Positions 24,901-39,700 of a DNA stretch of 64,000 nt are shown piece by piece; the stretch's first letter is position 1, and every line of letters starts with the position of its first letter. The stretch is from Phoronis australis (Eukaryota; Animalia; Phoronida), in contig NMRA01000045.1 in assembly GCA_002633005.1 (NCBI GenBank), positions 71,870 to 135,869 of the forward strand, read 5' to 3'. The notes below the pieces were generated by a model. It searched no databases. It worked only from the letters and a program-made list of their open reading frames with translations, and had not been told where the DNA came from. The translations under genes were made by a program, and so were the position numbers.

Positions 24901-26127
24901 AAATTTCTCTAGGGCAAGTTGTTCTAGTGTAACTTGTTTTTAATGTGGACATGACTACAGTGGTATTGTATTTCTTTGTTTAAATGATTCTTTTCATTAA
25001 TGACTAGTGTCCTTGCATGTCATCGACCATATTACTGAATACACTGTTGTGACATTTCTAGTTTAGTTAAATACAGTCCACTGGCAGACATACCCTAGAA
25101 CAACTTGCGCTCGTTTAATTAGTGGAGCGTCCACACACACAGGGTAAGGAGGAAGTACATTGCTCTGTACGTGACAATGAAAAGCTACGAATACGGGGTG
25201 CAAAGGAAGACTCGTCTGTATGTAACTGCAGCGGATAATTACTTAGGTCTTGCTCCAATTTTGAAGCCACACAATGATTAGAATTGGCACAAGTTACCCT
25301 AGAATATTGGTCACGCCACCTTAATAAGTTGGAGTAAGTGGTCACAAGCACTTGCTTAAATAGCATCCACACTGCCTCCAAACCTACTGGCAACTCGTTT
25401 CTAGGAGTAACTTGTTCTAGGGTGATCTCAGGAAAATTGACTTGGCATTCCTTGCTATGACTTCCAGCTTGAAATTCTCATGTCCAGCGGGGGCTGTGCA
25501 AGCATTTAAGTAATGATGAAAACTACACAACTTCCAAAAACTTCCAAACCTAGAAATTATTAAAAACAAGCTGGTTAGTACTTTCACATATAGTCAGGCA
25601 AACAGTTCCTACTCAGGTTCTAGTGTTATTATTGTGTTTGGCCTGGGCTCAATTTACATCAAACCAAGCGGATAATTGCTCACAATCATTGCCATGAAAT
25701 CCAATTGTTCAATAGTTTACTTGTGATTAGATCATGCAAGTTGGAGCACCTGGTGTGCTTGTGCTCAATTTGTATTGGCTATTTATTTGTGTATTGTCCA
25801 CAGGTTACAAATGTTTATTTGTGTGCTGCTCTGTGTGTATAATAATAGCAGTTCTATTATGTCAACTGCTTGCATTGTGTTTTATCTTGGACTTTTTACA
25901 CAGGTCACATTTGTCAAGTATACTAATACTTGATCACTGTTGATTTAATGTTCACAATGTACTCTGGGCTGACATTGACTTCAGCTCCTGCCTTGGCGAT
26001 TTCTAATATCAGTGTTGAAGCAGTTACAATGTTTTTGATGTTTTGTTCCCGTTTTACAGTAATGTGGTGGTCTGGCTATTGCAGGAGTGGTGCGGAGATG
26101 GGGACTTATCATGTTATTTAAACAGTA

Positions 26128-27759
26128 ATGTCATCAGGGACATACTTCAGCCAGTATGGGCTGGACAGTGTGGGACCGTTTCAGAGGACTTCCGCAGAAT
26201 ATCCTCAAGGTGGCAGGACCTACAGTGGCCGGATGTTCGATCATCCGACCAATGGACATGGTGTGGGGCTGTCTGGTCCAGAGCAGGCTTTCATGCATTG
26301 GAGTAATTTTGACTCGGGTAGAGTTGACATTTCAAATGATGAAGAGTCTTTGTTGAAGCATTTCGACAAGTTGAGAGAGTTAGACACACGAATTGATCAG
26401 TTAGAACAAGCTATCCAGGAAGAGGACAACATTGGTGAGTCGGGCGTCAAACGTGTTTATGATCGGAAAACTAATGACACAGGCAAACAGAGAGATTCTG
26501 GCATCATTTATCGTGTCTATGATGAATCTGCTTCAAATGCCGGAAGGAAAAGTGACACACGCCAAGCGAGTCATGTCAGTTCTTTTCTTGATGGTCCGAA
26601 AATATCTAGTTTTCGTGGAAGCGACGGAAATATTCAGAATGGTTTTAGTAGTCATCAAAACTTTGAGGACTGTGGATCATATTATCGGGATCATGCACTT
26701 AATGTTGATGGTGTCAGAGACCAGCCGATGCATGTGGATGAACTGTACTCCAATAGCTACAGAGAGTCTGGTACACAAACTAGCCCTAAGAAGGATACTC
26801 CTGTAACTGCCACCAGTGATACAAATGGTGACGGTCATTTATATCGTTATAAAGATTGGGACGAGCGAACAGACTCCGACGGCTCCTCTAGGTCGTCAAG
26901 AGATGGTCATAACGTTTTAAAATTGAATCGCAGAAGGGTACGCAAAACTCATCGTAGGCAAAGTAATGTTGGTCTTAATTTAAGCGATACAGTGGAAGCT
27001 CGTGAACAAGTACCCACTATTGCGCCCCCCAAATTAGATGGGGAATCCTCTAGCTTTTCTCTGCATGGTCCACATAGATTACATGTCGTGCCACGTAACA
27101 GTCCAATGATAGATCCTGGTTTTAAAGGTGCAAGTGCAATGCAATGTCTGCCTCACCATCACAACAGCATGTCTTTCAGTAAAAATTGGGCTCATGGTAA
27201 GGATTTGAATGATCAGGTTGAAAAAACCAGCCTAAATTGGAATCAAAGTGGTATTCATATGCACACTTCGAGCCCAACTGAAAAACAGTTGGCATATCTG
27301 CCCTTGGAAACCAGCTCTAAGGCTCGGTCACAAATTGGTGACCACAGTCGCTCACTGACACATAATACAAAGGTCAAGGTAGAGCATGATGCCATGTCCC
27401 GTACACATTCAAAATGTCCATTTGAAAGTAGACGCTTAGTCGGCCACAACTCGCAGTGGAATAATAGTGTGGTAGATACTAGTTTTGATGTTTCTTCCCC
27501 GCTTCATGAAGTGGTTGGGTATCCGGGTGACACACAGGGTTATCTAGAGCCTAGCTCAAGTCCAACTCGGTCACCGGATCAGATGGAATTCCTGAGAGGT
27601 TCTCCTCATTTGAGGAGCATGAGTAGGCAGAGGAGACGCTCTGTGGACAGTTTCATTGGGCAGCTAGACCTCAACTCCAGTGTGATGACGTTTGCCAGTT
27701 TCCGTTCGGTGGATTTGGACGAGTCCGTTGTGTATGCAGACAATCAGTGTTCAGAGCAG
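26128..27759 (+). CDS. First large coding exon of the Sfi1-repeat gene (Ser/Asp/His-rich disordered region with a short coiled coil)
   Basis: 544 open codons; coiled-coil LLKHFDKLRELDTRIDQLEQAIQEE; donor CAG|gtatga in phase with the exon at 28501. Confidence 0.85.
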
Positions 27760-30700
27760 GTATGATTTTGTATTCATCATGAATAGTTAAGTAAAGCTGT
27801 GTTACTCCCTGTTTAGCTGGCATTTTACTATCAGAATGTCAGTTGCGTAGCATTTCTTACCGAGAAAGAATACTTGTTCTATTGCGAATAAAAACATCAA
27901 ATTCATCAGCGACTCAAGAAAACGATCGAGTTTAACATTGTTGGCCAAACCTAAAATGGGACGTTTACTCCCTTTCACTTGAGTTCATTCAGCAAACGTC
28001 AAAGATCAGATGAGCATTTTAATGTTTTTAAGCTCCAAAACACGTCGCTAAAAGAATTTAACATCGTCAGCAAATTGGTCCGGTGAACTTGTGTCACGAT
28101 CTAGCTTTGATGCTGCTTGTAGTTCTGTGTTTTTATGCCTTTTTCCCATCAACTGATTGAATATTTAGCCATTTATAAATTTTATGATCGTTTGCTGTTA
28201 CCTGCATTACCTGTCAACTAGGTTTTAGTCAAAGCTTTTTTTAAATATTGTTTTTGCAATAAATTATTTAGTTTGACAACTTGTTTATGGTATCTCTCTG
28301 TTTTTAGGTAACAGTTTCCCATCAATTTATAAAGTTTTAAAAAGGTTGAAAGAAGTGCTGGGATCATTCTGCTAAATGTTTTAAGGCATCGTCAAAGCTT
28401 CGGCCATAAGATCAATTTATGTCAAAAGCAAATCGCCCTAATTTCTGTGACTGTCTCTTTCATCATTGACACTTAAGCTGCTCTTGCTGTCTTGTTTCAG
28501 TGGGATGAAAGGCCAGACTTGAACCACTTCTATAATGTCCAACAGGGTGTGCTCAAGTAAGTAAGGATTATCCAATCAACAGCATCACACATTATGTTTC
28601 AGTGCCCACAATGTCTCAACTTTGCATCAAAATATTGCAGTTGGAGATGTAAGTATGAATGTCAGAAACAGTTAGAAAATTTAAGTACCACACTGTCGTC
28701 TTCTCTTTGTTCAAGGACATCTAACATTGTAGTGAATGCCAACAATTTTTTGAACTGTTGTCTTGTAATAGCTGTGGTACAAAATTTTGTGCTATATCTC
28801 GTGCATACAAAAGATGATTTAACTTGTCGGTCATATTGTGTCCTAAGTTGGGGTAATTTACTGTACCAACCTTCTGGGTGTGAATGTATTTGTTGTCATT
28901 ACAACAATGTTGCATTAGACCATGGGTACAGTTACATGTTTATCGATTTTCTTAAGTGGTATTAAGGATGTTATGATAACCATGGTATTTACATAAGAAA
29001 TGATAACCATGGTATTTACATAAGAAGTGAGCTGTTATCTTGTTAGCTTTGATGAATCCACTGGCTTACTGTACTGACTAGTGTGTAGAGCTACTAGTCC
29101 AGTCCCTGCCAAAAGTTATCAGACCAAATACCTTTTCCAATAACCTGTCATGATGGTTGCTCTGATAGAATTCTGCGTGCGTCCAACCCTCATAATGGGA
29201 ATTACGGTCATTTTATCTGGTTATATTTGGCGTGTACTGTATAAAATTGTGGACCACACAACTGCTGTCTGATACTTTTTCTGCGTTTTCTTCAAACCCG
29301 GGGTAGTCGGTTAGTTGTCCTTGCTCAAAAACTTTATCTAAGCTGTTGTCACAATTAAATACCATTCTTATTCTTTAGGCTATGTTCTTTCCTCTTTAAT
29401 CCACAGCTTTTTCTCAGAAATAACATTCTTTTCACATAAGCTGACAAGGACATGAAAATAGACGTCGGGAGATGTCTAACACTAGTAATTTGTGTTTCAC
29501 TACTGTTTAAAAAAACTTTCATTGCATGAATACACGTATCATTATTAGTAAATTTGGTTATTTGTACGTTATTGTAACAAGTATCAAGATTATATTTGAG
29601 AGGTCTCTACTTAATGTAATCTTTGAAGATGTGATTGGTAACAAATGAATGAAGAATTTATTTGATAGTGCCGATTTCAATATCTTGTTATGATTCTAAA
29701 AAAATACTTGGAATTTTATTTAAGCATACATATGTCTGAAATGAAGTCCTTCATTGGTAGAGCTCCTGCTATGTATGCACACTGCTGTACTTTAAAACCC
29801 TTTGTCATTTCAATTTGTCATATGATAGTAATAACTGTTCGTGGTAATTCATTCGATCATTTTACATACTGTGTAACGTGGTGTTGACAGCTCCTTATAT
29901 TTTACAGGCTGTCTAACTCCACCAACGGACATTCAAGTTATCTCACTCATAGCATGAGCGCCACCCTGTGGCCTTTTAAGTTACTAGAGCTACTCCACCA
30001 CTCCAACCCTGAAGAAAGTCAAGAGCTTATACTTAAGGTGAGAAATGATGACTTCCAGCCGAAAAAGCTAAATCAACTTATGGTACATTTTTCTGGTTTT
30101 GGTAGTTGAGTTATATTTTGAAGACCGTTATCATTATGTAAATGTAATATGCTTTTTACAGAAATGTGTCCAACTGGTGGCATGCGGTGAACAATTGTTA
30201 ACTTAACCAAAAATTGGGCAAAAAAATCCGTTTTTCTTTTTTCTCATAAGCAATACTGTACAACCTCAAAATTATTTCGAAATGTTTGACGATTGCTATT
30301 GCATGCCCTCCGTTTTTCAAGTTGTAATTCACATTTGCTTACGACTTGTTCTATGCAGAAGCTATTTACTTTTGTTTTCAGGCGCGTGTGTTTAGAAAGT
30401 GGCACTATCAGGCACAGCTGTCCAAGAGTAACAATGCTCGACAGGTCAAGCTAGAACAGAGGTAGGTATCTGGTGATGGGCTATTGAATTATAAGCATAA
30501 GCTTTATTGGATGTGTTCAAGTGTAGATTTCCATAGCAACTTAAGATAATTATAGGGTAAAAATGATAAAGCCTCAGTTTTGTAAAGATTCTTGCTCACT
30601 TACGGTATTGGCATGGCATGTTGTGAGACAGCGCGTTACAAGTCTGTCGAGTGGTATGTTCGATGGCATTCCGTCTATCAAGCTCAAGACTTGAGACTAC

Positions 30701-33700
30701 AAAGGAGTTTTCTTCATTGCATCCCAGCAGAACCTTTTAAAACTGCTTTCTGCGGTGCATTTATGAAGTGAAGCTGGTGTTTATTATGAACTAATTTGTA
30801 GGTGAAGGAGGGTTAGATTTTTGATCGCAGCAAATAAAATTTTAACTCGTTCATTTTATTGTTTGTTGATTTGAAGAATCACCTTTTGTAGGAGCTTATC
30901 CACAAGATGCTGCATTCAGCCAAATAACTTGACAACATTATGAATTTTAACTTATAGTTAAAGCATTTTACGTTTTCGGAAAGTAGCAAACTGTTTATTT
31001 TCAGGAAGTAGACAGGCAACAGAATTTTATTTTTGACTTCATACTAATCTGCGTTGATTGGGTAACATGGCCGTATCTTTTTAATAAAATATAGCAAAAA
31101 GGTATAGCTAAACAATGGCATTAATAACATTTCATAGAAATTTCTGGATAAAACCTCAAGTTACAGTTTTCTTAATAATCATTTCATTTCATGGAACTTT
31201 TGAGTTGTTTCATAAAAATCATGAAAGTCCTATTTTTGAAGCCCTTCTTACAAAATTAGAAGTTTTAAGAACAATTCCCAATATTGTTTTTGAGAACACT
31301 AAGTAAAGTATAGTATCGGGAAGTTTAATATGGATCCAGTCAACCATTTCTGAGAATCCAATCAACCATTTCTGAGATACAATGCTCCGAAGTTAGTCTC
31401 ATTTATAGATTGTCTACAGTAATACATAACTTTAACTTGTTCATATTCAAAATATGTCATGACTCATCACACATATATTACCTACCAGAGCTGTCCATCA
31501 TCGCCACTTGTCTTTGCTGTTCAAATACTGGAAACACTGGAGAACTCGAGCTGACAATGGGCACAAGTCTGTGATGGCCGATCAAGTCTATCAGCGCCAG
31601 CTTCTGCGTAAAGGACTGCATGGGCTGATGTGGGCGCGAGCTCGCACACAACACCTCATTGATCAAGTTCACACTATTAGTCGCACTTCAACGTTGCGTG
31701 GCTTCTTTTTATTTGTGAGTCTTTTTCATTTGTCGCAGTCTGTAAATTTTGAAGTTTGTGTGAATGAGGCTGTGGTTTTTGGCATTTTTGGGCTGTTAAG
31801 AGGAACAATAGAATATGTGCACTTTTTAATTATTTTTCCATCTCTAATTGTGATTCCAGTAACACAATCTTAATAAGCCAACCATGAGGGCTGACGTTTC
31901 TCTGTGACTTCCAATCATTTTCATTTTTCATAATATGCTAAGGACTCAAGTTGTTATGGAATTCATGATGAGGTCCCCTTGTATTACTTGCTCAGAAGAA
32001 GTCAAACACCTGCAGACATTGTAGTGATCATGCTGTTTCTTTCAACTTTCTGTATTTTCAGTGGAAGATAAAGACCGAAAAGCGTCAGCAGCATTTATTG
32101 TTTGTGTCGTTCAGAAGGTGGCAGCACTTTAAACTTCAGTCAGAAAGGTCTGTTATAGTTTGATATGAAATGTTTTGAAATGTACTGAAGAAGTGGTTTG
32201 ATGCCTGTTAAACTGTTGATCTTGTGGGGACAAGTATTGGTGATGTTTAATAAATAAAAACAATAATAATTGTGTTTTATACTCATGCCCAAGGCTTGTC
32301 ATTCTTCAAATATTCTTTGATAGTGGTCAATTTTCCTGCCAAAACATTCACATTTAAGCACTTGATTGTTTTTATTCGAAGATGCTTTTGGGCAATTCTT
32401 CCGGTGGATTACAAAATGTTTTGGTTAAGTGCTGTTTTCAAAGTCAGTTGGAAAACTGAACCTATTTGGCTTGCTCACTGACTTCACATAGCCATGCATT
32501 GATTACTTTTGTGGGATGCTCATGCATTCGATACTTGGTTCATTGTAATCTCAGTGGTTTGAGCTCCATCCTTGCACTTGGAAGACGCCACCCTGGCAAT
32601 ACTGGCAGACCATTTGGGGGATTTCATCTATGACGCTTTTGTCATTTTTCAAATGCATTGTGGGATGATTGTTGTTTTGTAAGCATCCACTGACATCACA
32701 GATAACTTGCAGATGTGTAACGTACATTTGAGGTGTTCATATCGGATGATGCTTGCCTCGAGGAGGTTTCGTGTGAAAGGCAATGTATTTATTTATAAGC
32801 TCCATTTACTATTTTACTTTTCTATGATGGCTGCTCTGTGGTACTTGCACCAGAACGCATGTTGCAGAGTGGACTGTGCATGCTGTTGTTTTCTGTCACA
32901 GTGTTTATACGTCACCAAGTTATCAGTGATGTCATTGGATAGTTACAAACCAACAACCACTGGCATCATTGATGAAATCTTCCAAACTAAGCATTGCACA
33001 CCAGTCTCCTAAATCCTCTGGGATTGGTCTTAGTAGTGAATGATTAAATTAGAGGTAACATTGATATAATGCTGAGACAGTTATGTTACTTACCTTGCAG
33101 GAAGCGTATGTTGTCAACACTGTCTCGTCGACATGTGATGTCCAAGTGGTTTGGATTGTGGAAGGAACGCCACCAAGCTTGTCAACAGGAAGACATTGCA
33201 ATTTTGCATTACAAGTATGATCTTGTGTTCTCAAGATGAAAAAACAAGAAGTAGTCCGCTGGAAATGTTAGATGTCTTTGTGGTGCTGAAAAGTTGAAGG
33301 GCAATGTTGCTTGTTTGATTTCCACTTTGCTTTAATGGTTTAAAGGTGCAATCAATTTGCCATCTGTCAAAAAGCTTTTTCAGAAGTGATTTCTTAACTT
33401 GTGAACATGAGAACCATTCTAGTCAAGTTAAGGCATTGAGTCTTGTCTATATCAGTTCTTTCCAAGCCCCAAAACCACTTCTAATCTCACTAAGGAGTAA
33501 ATTTGAGTCCAATTTTATAAGGGCTGTTCCAGCAAAATCTGTATGGGAGGGGGGGAAGGCACTTTTATTTCGTACCCACCGTCCATATTTTTCATTTATT
33601 TCTCCAACCCATGACCCATAATTTTCTTAATTATTTTTAATTAAAATACAAAATCCAACACTTGCAAACAAATTGCCTCCAGGAGGACCTGTTAAGAACT

Positions 33701-36700
33701 TAGATGATTGACAGACAAGAACTAGTTGTCTTGTCCAATATTGTCACAAACTAAAATAGCCTGTGAGCAATACTTTTGGCAGCCACCAGGTGTCTCTGTT
33801 CACCATGTGTCTATAATTTCAATGAACATTTTTTCAATTATAAGGATCTATGAATCTCAAACTGTCTCCACGAACTCTTTTATACTTCTATGTCAAGTGA
33901 ATATTAGAACTTGTTTATCTTACTCCTTATACTTTTTATTTAAAAATCTTCAATTTTCTTATATCTGTTAACACCAGTTTAGTGTTGCATAACTTTTCAA
34001 TTCAATAGGACTGCAGACAAAAAGTTGGCTGAAATCAAGGTGCCCATGACTTGATTAATGGCTTAGTGAACATATTGCACTTTGTTCACTGGCAATGTGG
34101 GCTTTTTTGTATTGGAATAAGGTAGGATATATGACAATTGCATTTTTTTGAGTTTTGACGGCTGAAGTAACCAACCTGTCAACGTTAACAGGTCAAAAAA
34201 TACCACCCATTTTTAATGCGTGACTTCTTACAGGAAGGACCACTCATAATTTGTGTTTTTCCGAAGACCACCAGCCATGAATTTTTATTTCTACTGCCGT
34301 CCNCCCCCCCCCCTCCCACACGGATTTTACTGGAACAGCCCTAACAACCAGTCAGTCAAGCTAGTTTTTAAGAAAAGAATGTCGGATTATACTACATTTG
34401 AAGACTAGTGTTTTCTTGCCATCGGACTCCATAATGGCTGACAAACCTTGAATATGAAATCCAGGTTACCTTGTCCTTTGTCCAGTGTGCAAAATACATA
34501 AGAAATTTAATGGACATTCAGTCACGTGACAATGAGCATAATGCCTTTGTGTGTTATGCACTGCGCCACCTTGTGGTGTCATGTTACACTTTGATCTTGT
34601 TACATTGAGCTTGTTTCAAGAAGACACTGATCAAAAAATTCATGCACCCAAGGTTTTGGCATTAGACTAAAACTTCTGTGGACTCGAGTATGTTGGACCC
34701 AGTGTCAAAAAATGAATAAACGCTCAACATATGAGAAAACCACACTGCAAACCTGCATTCCACTACAAAAACTAGCTTTTTACTTACACGCCCAATGTTA
34801 TGAAATGGATTAAAATTCTTCCTGAGCCAAATTAAAGGTGGTTTCTGGCTTGGAAAAGGCTGAGAGATTATTACACCTTGAGATCAGGCTACGCAAGTTG
34901 GCTTGTCATGCCGGTTGTTGTTAATGCTTCACGCATGGTCAGAAGCATTAACAAATTGCAAACCCAGGTATCACTTCTCATCAGAGTAAGGAATACGTTG
35001 ATAGTGGTAAATGGCCAGTATTACGGAGCTCAGGTTTATAGCTCTTTCACACAATAACAGCCTGAGCGTGTTTTGCCTGCCCATTTGAACTGTGGCTGTT
35101 CTTCATCATCAGTTTTATTTTTCTGATGGGCCCGATTGTACTAGGAGCTGGCACAAGTCACCATAAAATTCCACCACACGTCCAAAAACCCTTCCAAATC
35201 CAAATTCTGTTTGACTAAATTGTTATCAGTAGTTGTTGTGCTGCAGAAGGTTCTTTGTAGAGTGGTGTTGAATCATGTGACTATTGGATTTCAGAGTGAG
35301 TGTGCTGACTAAACTGTGGCAAGCGTGGCGTCTCTACACACGCCAGTCTGCTGTGTTCGCCAAGGAAAAGGAAGTAGCTGTGTAAGTGTGCCAAGTGAAA
35401 AATTATTCGGGGGTGGAGGGTTTGTGTTGATAAGTATTACTGAGTCTCAATTTCTGTTTGTATTGATTGTTTTTTTAAAATTTTTCTTGTGGTTCTAGTG
35501 GTTAAGTACTTTCGGTTATTGAACAGTGATTTAGATGAAGGAATTTTCTTTAAGAAGTCATTTTTATAAATGGAAACACCTCTGCTCAGATATACATTCA
35601 CAGACGTGCCTCATGGTTTTGTAAAAGTCAAGTTGTTTTCAAAGACTTTGTATTTTACTCCTGCCTTCCGTCTCTATTGTTTTTATTAACATTAAGTTTT
35701 CACCAATTATGTCTTTTCTGTGCTGATTCGTCCAGATAATTTGACTGTAAATGTTCGTATATCACAGAGTCCACTATGAACATGTTATCCAAAGGCGAGC
35801 TCTACTACGTATGAAGGAGATGTATATTAAATACCAATGTGCCAAAATATTCTGGAGGTAAGCTTAACACAGAAATAATAAGGAACTCTAGCTCAGACAT
35901 CCACTGAGGCTTGTCAAATCTCCTAGTCATGATCATAGGGCCTCATCTTGACTTCTATTTTAAGTTTGCCCTTAAAATTTCATCTAAGTGCATTATGTAG
36001 CATTTCACTATTTACGTCAAATGTTCTTGGCCAGGTGATTAAAGCTCTATTATTCTATCATAGAACCAGCCTTTTCCAGCCTTTGGCACATTATTTTGTG
36101 ATCCTGTTCAACAGTGATGCTAATGTTTACTTTTTGTAAATTAAACAGGCAAATTAAGTTGCTGTTACGAGTGCTGGAAGTTACATCCCTAAAGACTATC
36201 CATGATCAAGCATTCTAGATGAGATTTATTAAGCTTCAAGTAGTGTCCAGTTGGCTAACAATAATAAGAAATGTTCAGGCTTGGGTAGCATGAGACAGTT
36301 ACACTCATGTCTGCTAAAATTGCTCATCACTGCAGCTTTGTTTTGTAGACGGAATGAGTTAAAGAGAGCGTTTAAACTATGGCAGCAGGAGACGGCCATG
36401 TTGAAAGTTGAGCACATGCATGAGGTCCAGCGGAGCAATGCTATTTACAGTAGGACAGTGCTACAGTCAACGTTCAGGAGATGGAGGATGACATATAGTG
36501 AACATCATTACTGTAGACTGAGGGATGCTAGGATGTGTAGGTGAGTGATGTTTGTGGAGGGTGTAGTGATCTAATTGTGACAGTCGGTTTCAGTTGCGTT
36601 TTGTCATATTTGGGTGACTGTAAACATGTCGACTTTTCACTGAAGGAGATGCGCATTCCAATATAATAGTCCGTGTGTGAAAAATTGAAGACATTTGCAT

Positions 36701-39700
36701 TAGCAAGTCAATGGGTAAAAGCTCATCCCCAACTTCTTAAAAATATAGTTTCTAAACGCTATGCTTGACCTATCCTCCACCTCCTTTACTGAATTTCCCA
36801 AGTTATTAGTGCCCTGGGTACTACCGAGACGAGTGCGGTATATGCTGTGAAGCTCTTAAATATCATATGACTGGAACTTGTGTGGAAAATGAAAAATTGT
36901 GTTAAAAACTCAATGGAATTGTTCTCAAAATGGATAAAAGTTTCTGAGTTTGTAATACTAATGGAAAATTGATGCAATCAATTGGGCACAAGTGGCAGTA
37001 ATCTCTAACAAAATTTACTGTGACAGTCTACTTTTTGTGAATAAATTGACTGAAAGAAATTGATAATGAAGTCCTGGGCTGCATCCCGGAAAAACAAGAA
37101 ACTTGGAAAAAGTGCAAGATAATGCAAATTTCCACAAAATATTTCTATGCATTAAGAACGAAGAGCGAAAGTCTTATTTCTGCAGAACATAGCACAGGAA
37201 AATCTTGGAAAATAGTAAATGCACCCAGTGGGAAACGTGCAGTTCTAAATATCGTTTCTCATTTTAGTCGTGTGTTGGAGATCTGGAGTTTACGATACCG
37301 GCGAAATGTGTTAAGACGTGCCATGAAGCAGGCCAGACATGAGAGACAAACCAAGTACACCATGTTCATTACTTGGTTACAAATCACTAGACTGGCGAAG
37401 GAGGCTAGGCATTCTGCCACAGCACTCCTGGAGAGGGCGCTACTCAGGGGAGTGGTTCACAGCTGGAAGGAGTTCACTCAGTATAAAATTCAGTTGGGTA
37501 TACGACAACAGCAGCATATGATTAGGAGCAGTCAACAGAGCAAGAAGTACTTCTTTAAGGTAAACTTGGGTGTCACACTGTTCAAACTTTTGTGAAATTC
37601 AACTGGTGGTACAAAGATTGTTTACGTGTGGATATGATGTACGAGTAATCAACTGTTAAAATTCTAGTTCTCGAGTACCGAATTCCATAATTTAAAATTT
37701 ATCGACATAATACTGATAACAAAAGGTGTGACATTTTCTTCGTCCTTGGAAAATTCAGCTAATACATATAGGGTGTCTAAAACTATTATAAACTTTGTAA
37801 CCTCATACTTGTTTTGAAAGTGTGGGTGTGTCTCGTGGTAGATTCTTGGTGACATCCTCGATGGGTAAAAACTTTGTCCTTGCAATTATAGTATGTTTGT
37901 CCAAGTTTGTCAGTGTAGAATGCTGTTCAGCGAATGTCCTGTTACGCGATCACATGATACAAGCTAATACCTATTAATTTATTTTCATTCCCACATGTCT
38001 GAAGTATCTAGTACCACTAAAATATTGTATCGATAGTAAATTATCAGTAGCTAATTTTCAAAGTAGCCGCGCCATGTTGAAATTCACTATCCTACCAGAC
38101 GGCATTTAGATCTTTGGTGAACAGCGTTCAGCGCCACCTACAGATCCCATGCAACGCGTACGAGAGGTTTCAACCTTGTTGTATAAACAGCATTTTAAGA
38201 CCTTTCTTGCTCTCGTGTCACTGATGTGTGATGGAGTGTACTAATGGCTCATGGAAAAAGGAAAACCTCATGAAATATCCATGGATAAAGGACATCGTGT
38301 TCCATACTTTTCCCTCTGCAAAAAAGAATCTGCTGTTGCGAAGTCAGTAGCTGCAACTGATAAAACATGAGAATTCCAACTATCACCTGATGTCACAAAG
38401 CTAAAATAAATTTGTTAATGTTATGTAATCAAACAATGGGAAGGACTGAGATGGATTTTATTACTCTGTTCATTAATGGACGACTATTTAGTAATTGAGT
38501 TTCTGTCCGACAACTATGCGTAATCCGCTTTGGCGCTCTCATTACTCTAGAAAGTGCCAATATGAAAACTCAGCTGTTCTGGGATTGTTGTGTACATGTC
38601 TTAATGGTGTGCAGCCTGATCGGTATATTTTCTCTTATTGACTTTTACAGGTGTGGCTGTATCAGCTGAGGAGACTGTCGAACTTAAGGGAAGGGAAACG
38701 TCTGTGGTCATTGCGATGTGTCAGGTAGGATGGTGTAAAGATATCAATGCATAATGAAAGGTTTATGCAGACGCATAGTACGCCTACTTCAAATTGACCC
38801 TTCCTGTGTATAACAAGACATTGCGAATGTGCAGACATATGTCCAGCTTGTTGATTTGTTGCTGTTAGTGTTGTACTGCTCTGTGTAACAGTAACACTTT
38901 GATGCCATTAAAACGATGAAAGTAATAGTTTGGAATGGAGTAGTGACTAGCACAGCAACACTGAACGACAAGGTCTTTACAGATGAGAGGTGTGGGTTGT
39001 TAGTTGAAACAAAGGAGCTGAAGTTATTAGTTTGATGACAAAATGCATTGGTAAGTATGAAGGGAAAGTTAACTCTCTATAGTTAGTGCCAGCTATTAAC
39101 ACTAGGTATCACTTTTCTGCAGGAATGCCGTCGACTGCTGGAGGGAGGCTGTGCGTCTGAAGAAGCTAGACATGTTGTTAGAATCTCACCAACCCAGGGC
39201 ACGTTACTTTACAGTGTTAGGTAACTGCAGTACATAACAAAAGTTTTCAGACAAAATGACCCGGAATACCGTCATGACAACTGGGCAGGATTTCCCTCAT
39301 GACTGAGAATAAATTCAGTAACAGAACAATAATTATTAATTTGCCCTTGTAGTAGTGACTACCAGTCGTTTTTGCTGTTAACCAGAATTGCCCGTCATGA
39401 CAGTAAAGTGGTCTTTTGTCTGGTTACTCGGAATTTGTCTTGTATTGTACATAACAGAGGAGCTCAAATTTGGTTGAAGATATCAAGGTTCCGCAGGACT
39501 AAAATGTGTGTGACCTTGAAATACACTGTGTGTGACCTTGAAATACACTGGAGAGAGACGTTACAAAAGTACAGATAAAAAGATTGTGTCCCTGTGATGA
39601 GTACAAATGCATTGTGGTATTGCCACCTGTCACACTTAAGTTTCACAAAAACTCGCTTAACTTAAGTTTGAACTCCAGCTAGCGGTATTAGGATTTTTCA

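Noticed and set aside
22144-25943. Short 60-130 aa ORFs between the genes (and most other ORF-track entries)
   Set aside because: No recognisable domains or exon chains; consistent with chance ORFs in intergenic and intronic DNA.
26062-26121. In-frame upstream ATG suggesting stop-codon readthrough into the 545-aa ORF
   Set aside because: TAA stop and no coding character; a simple uORF or intronic sequence is more parsimonious.
36149-36218. Candidate extra exon of the Sfi1-repeat gene
   Set aside because: Stops in the required phase, and the flanking exons 35768-35857 and 36349-36540 already join in frame.
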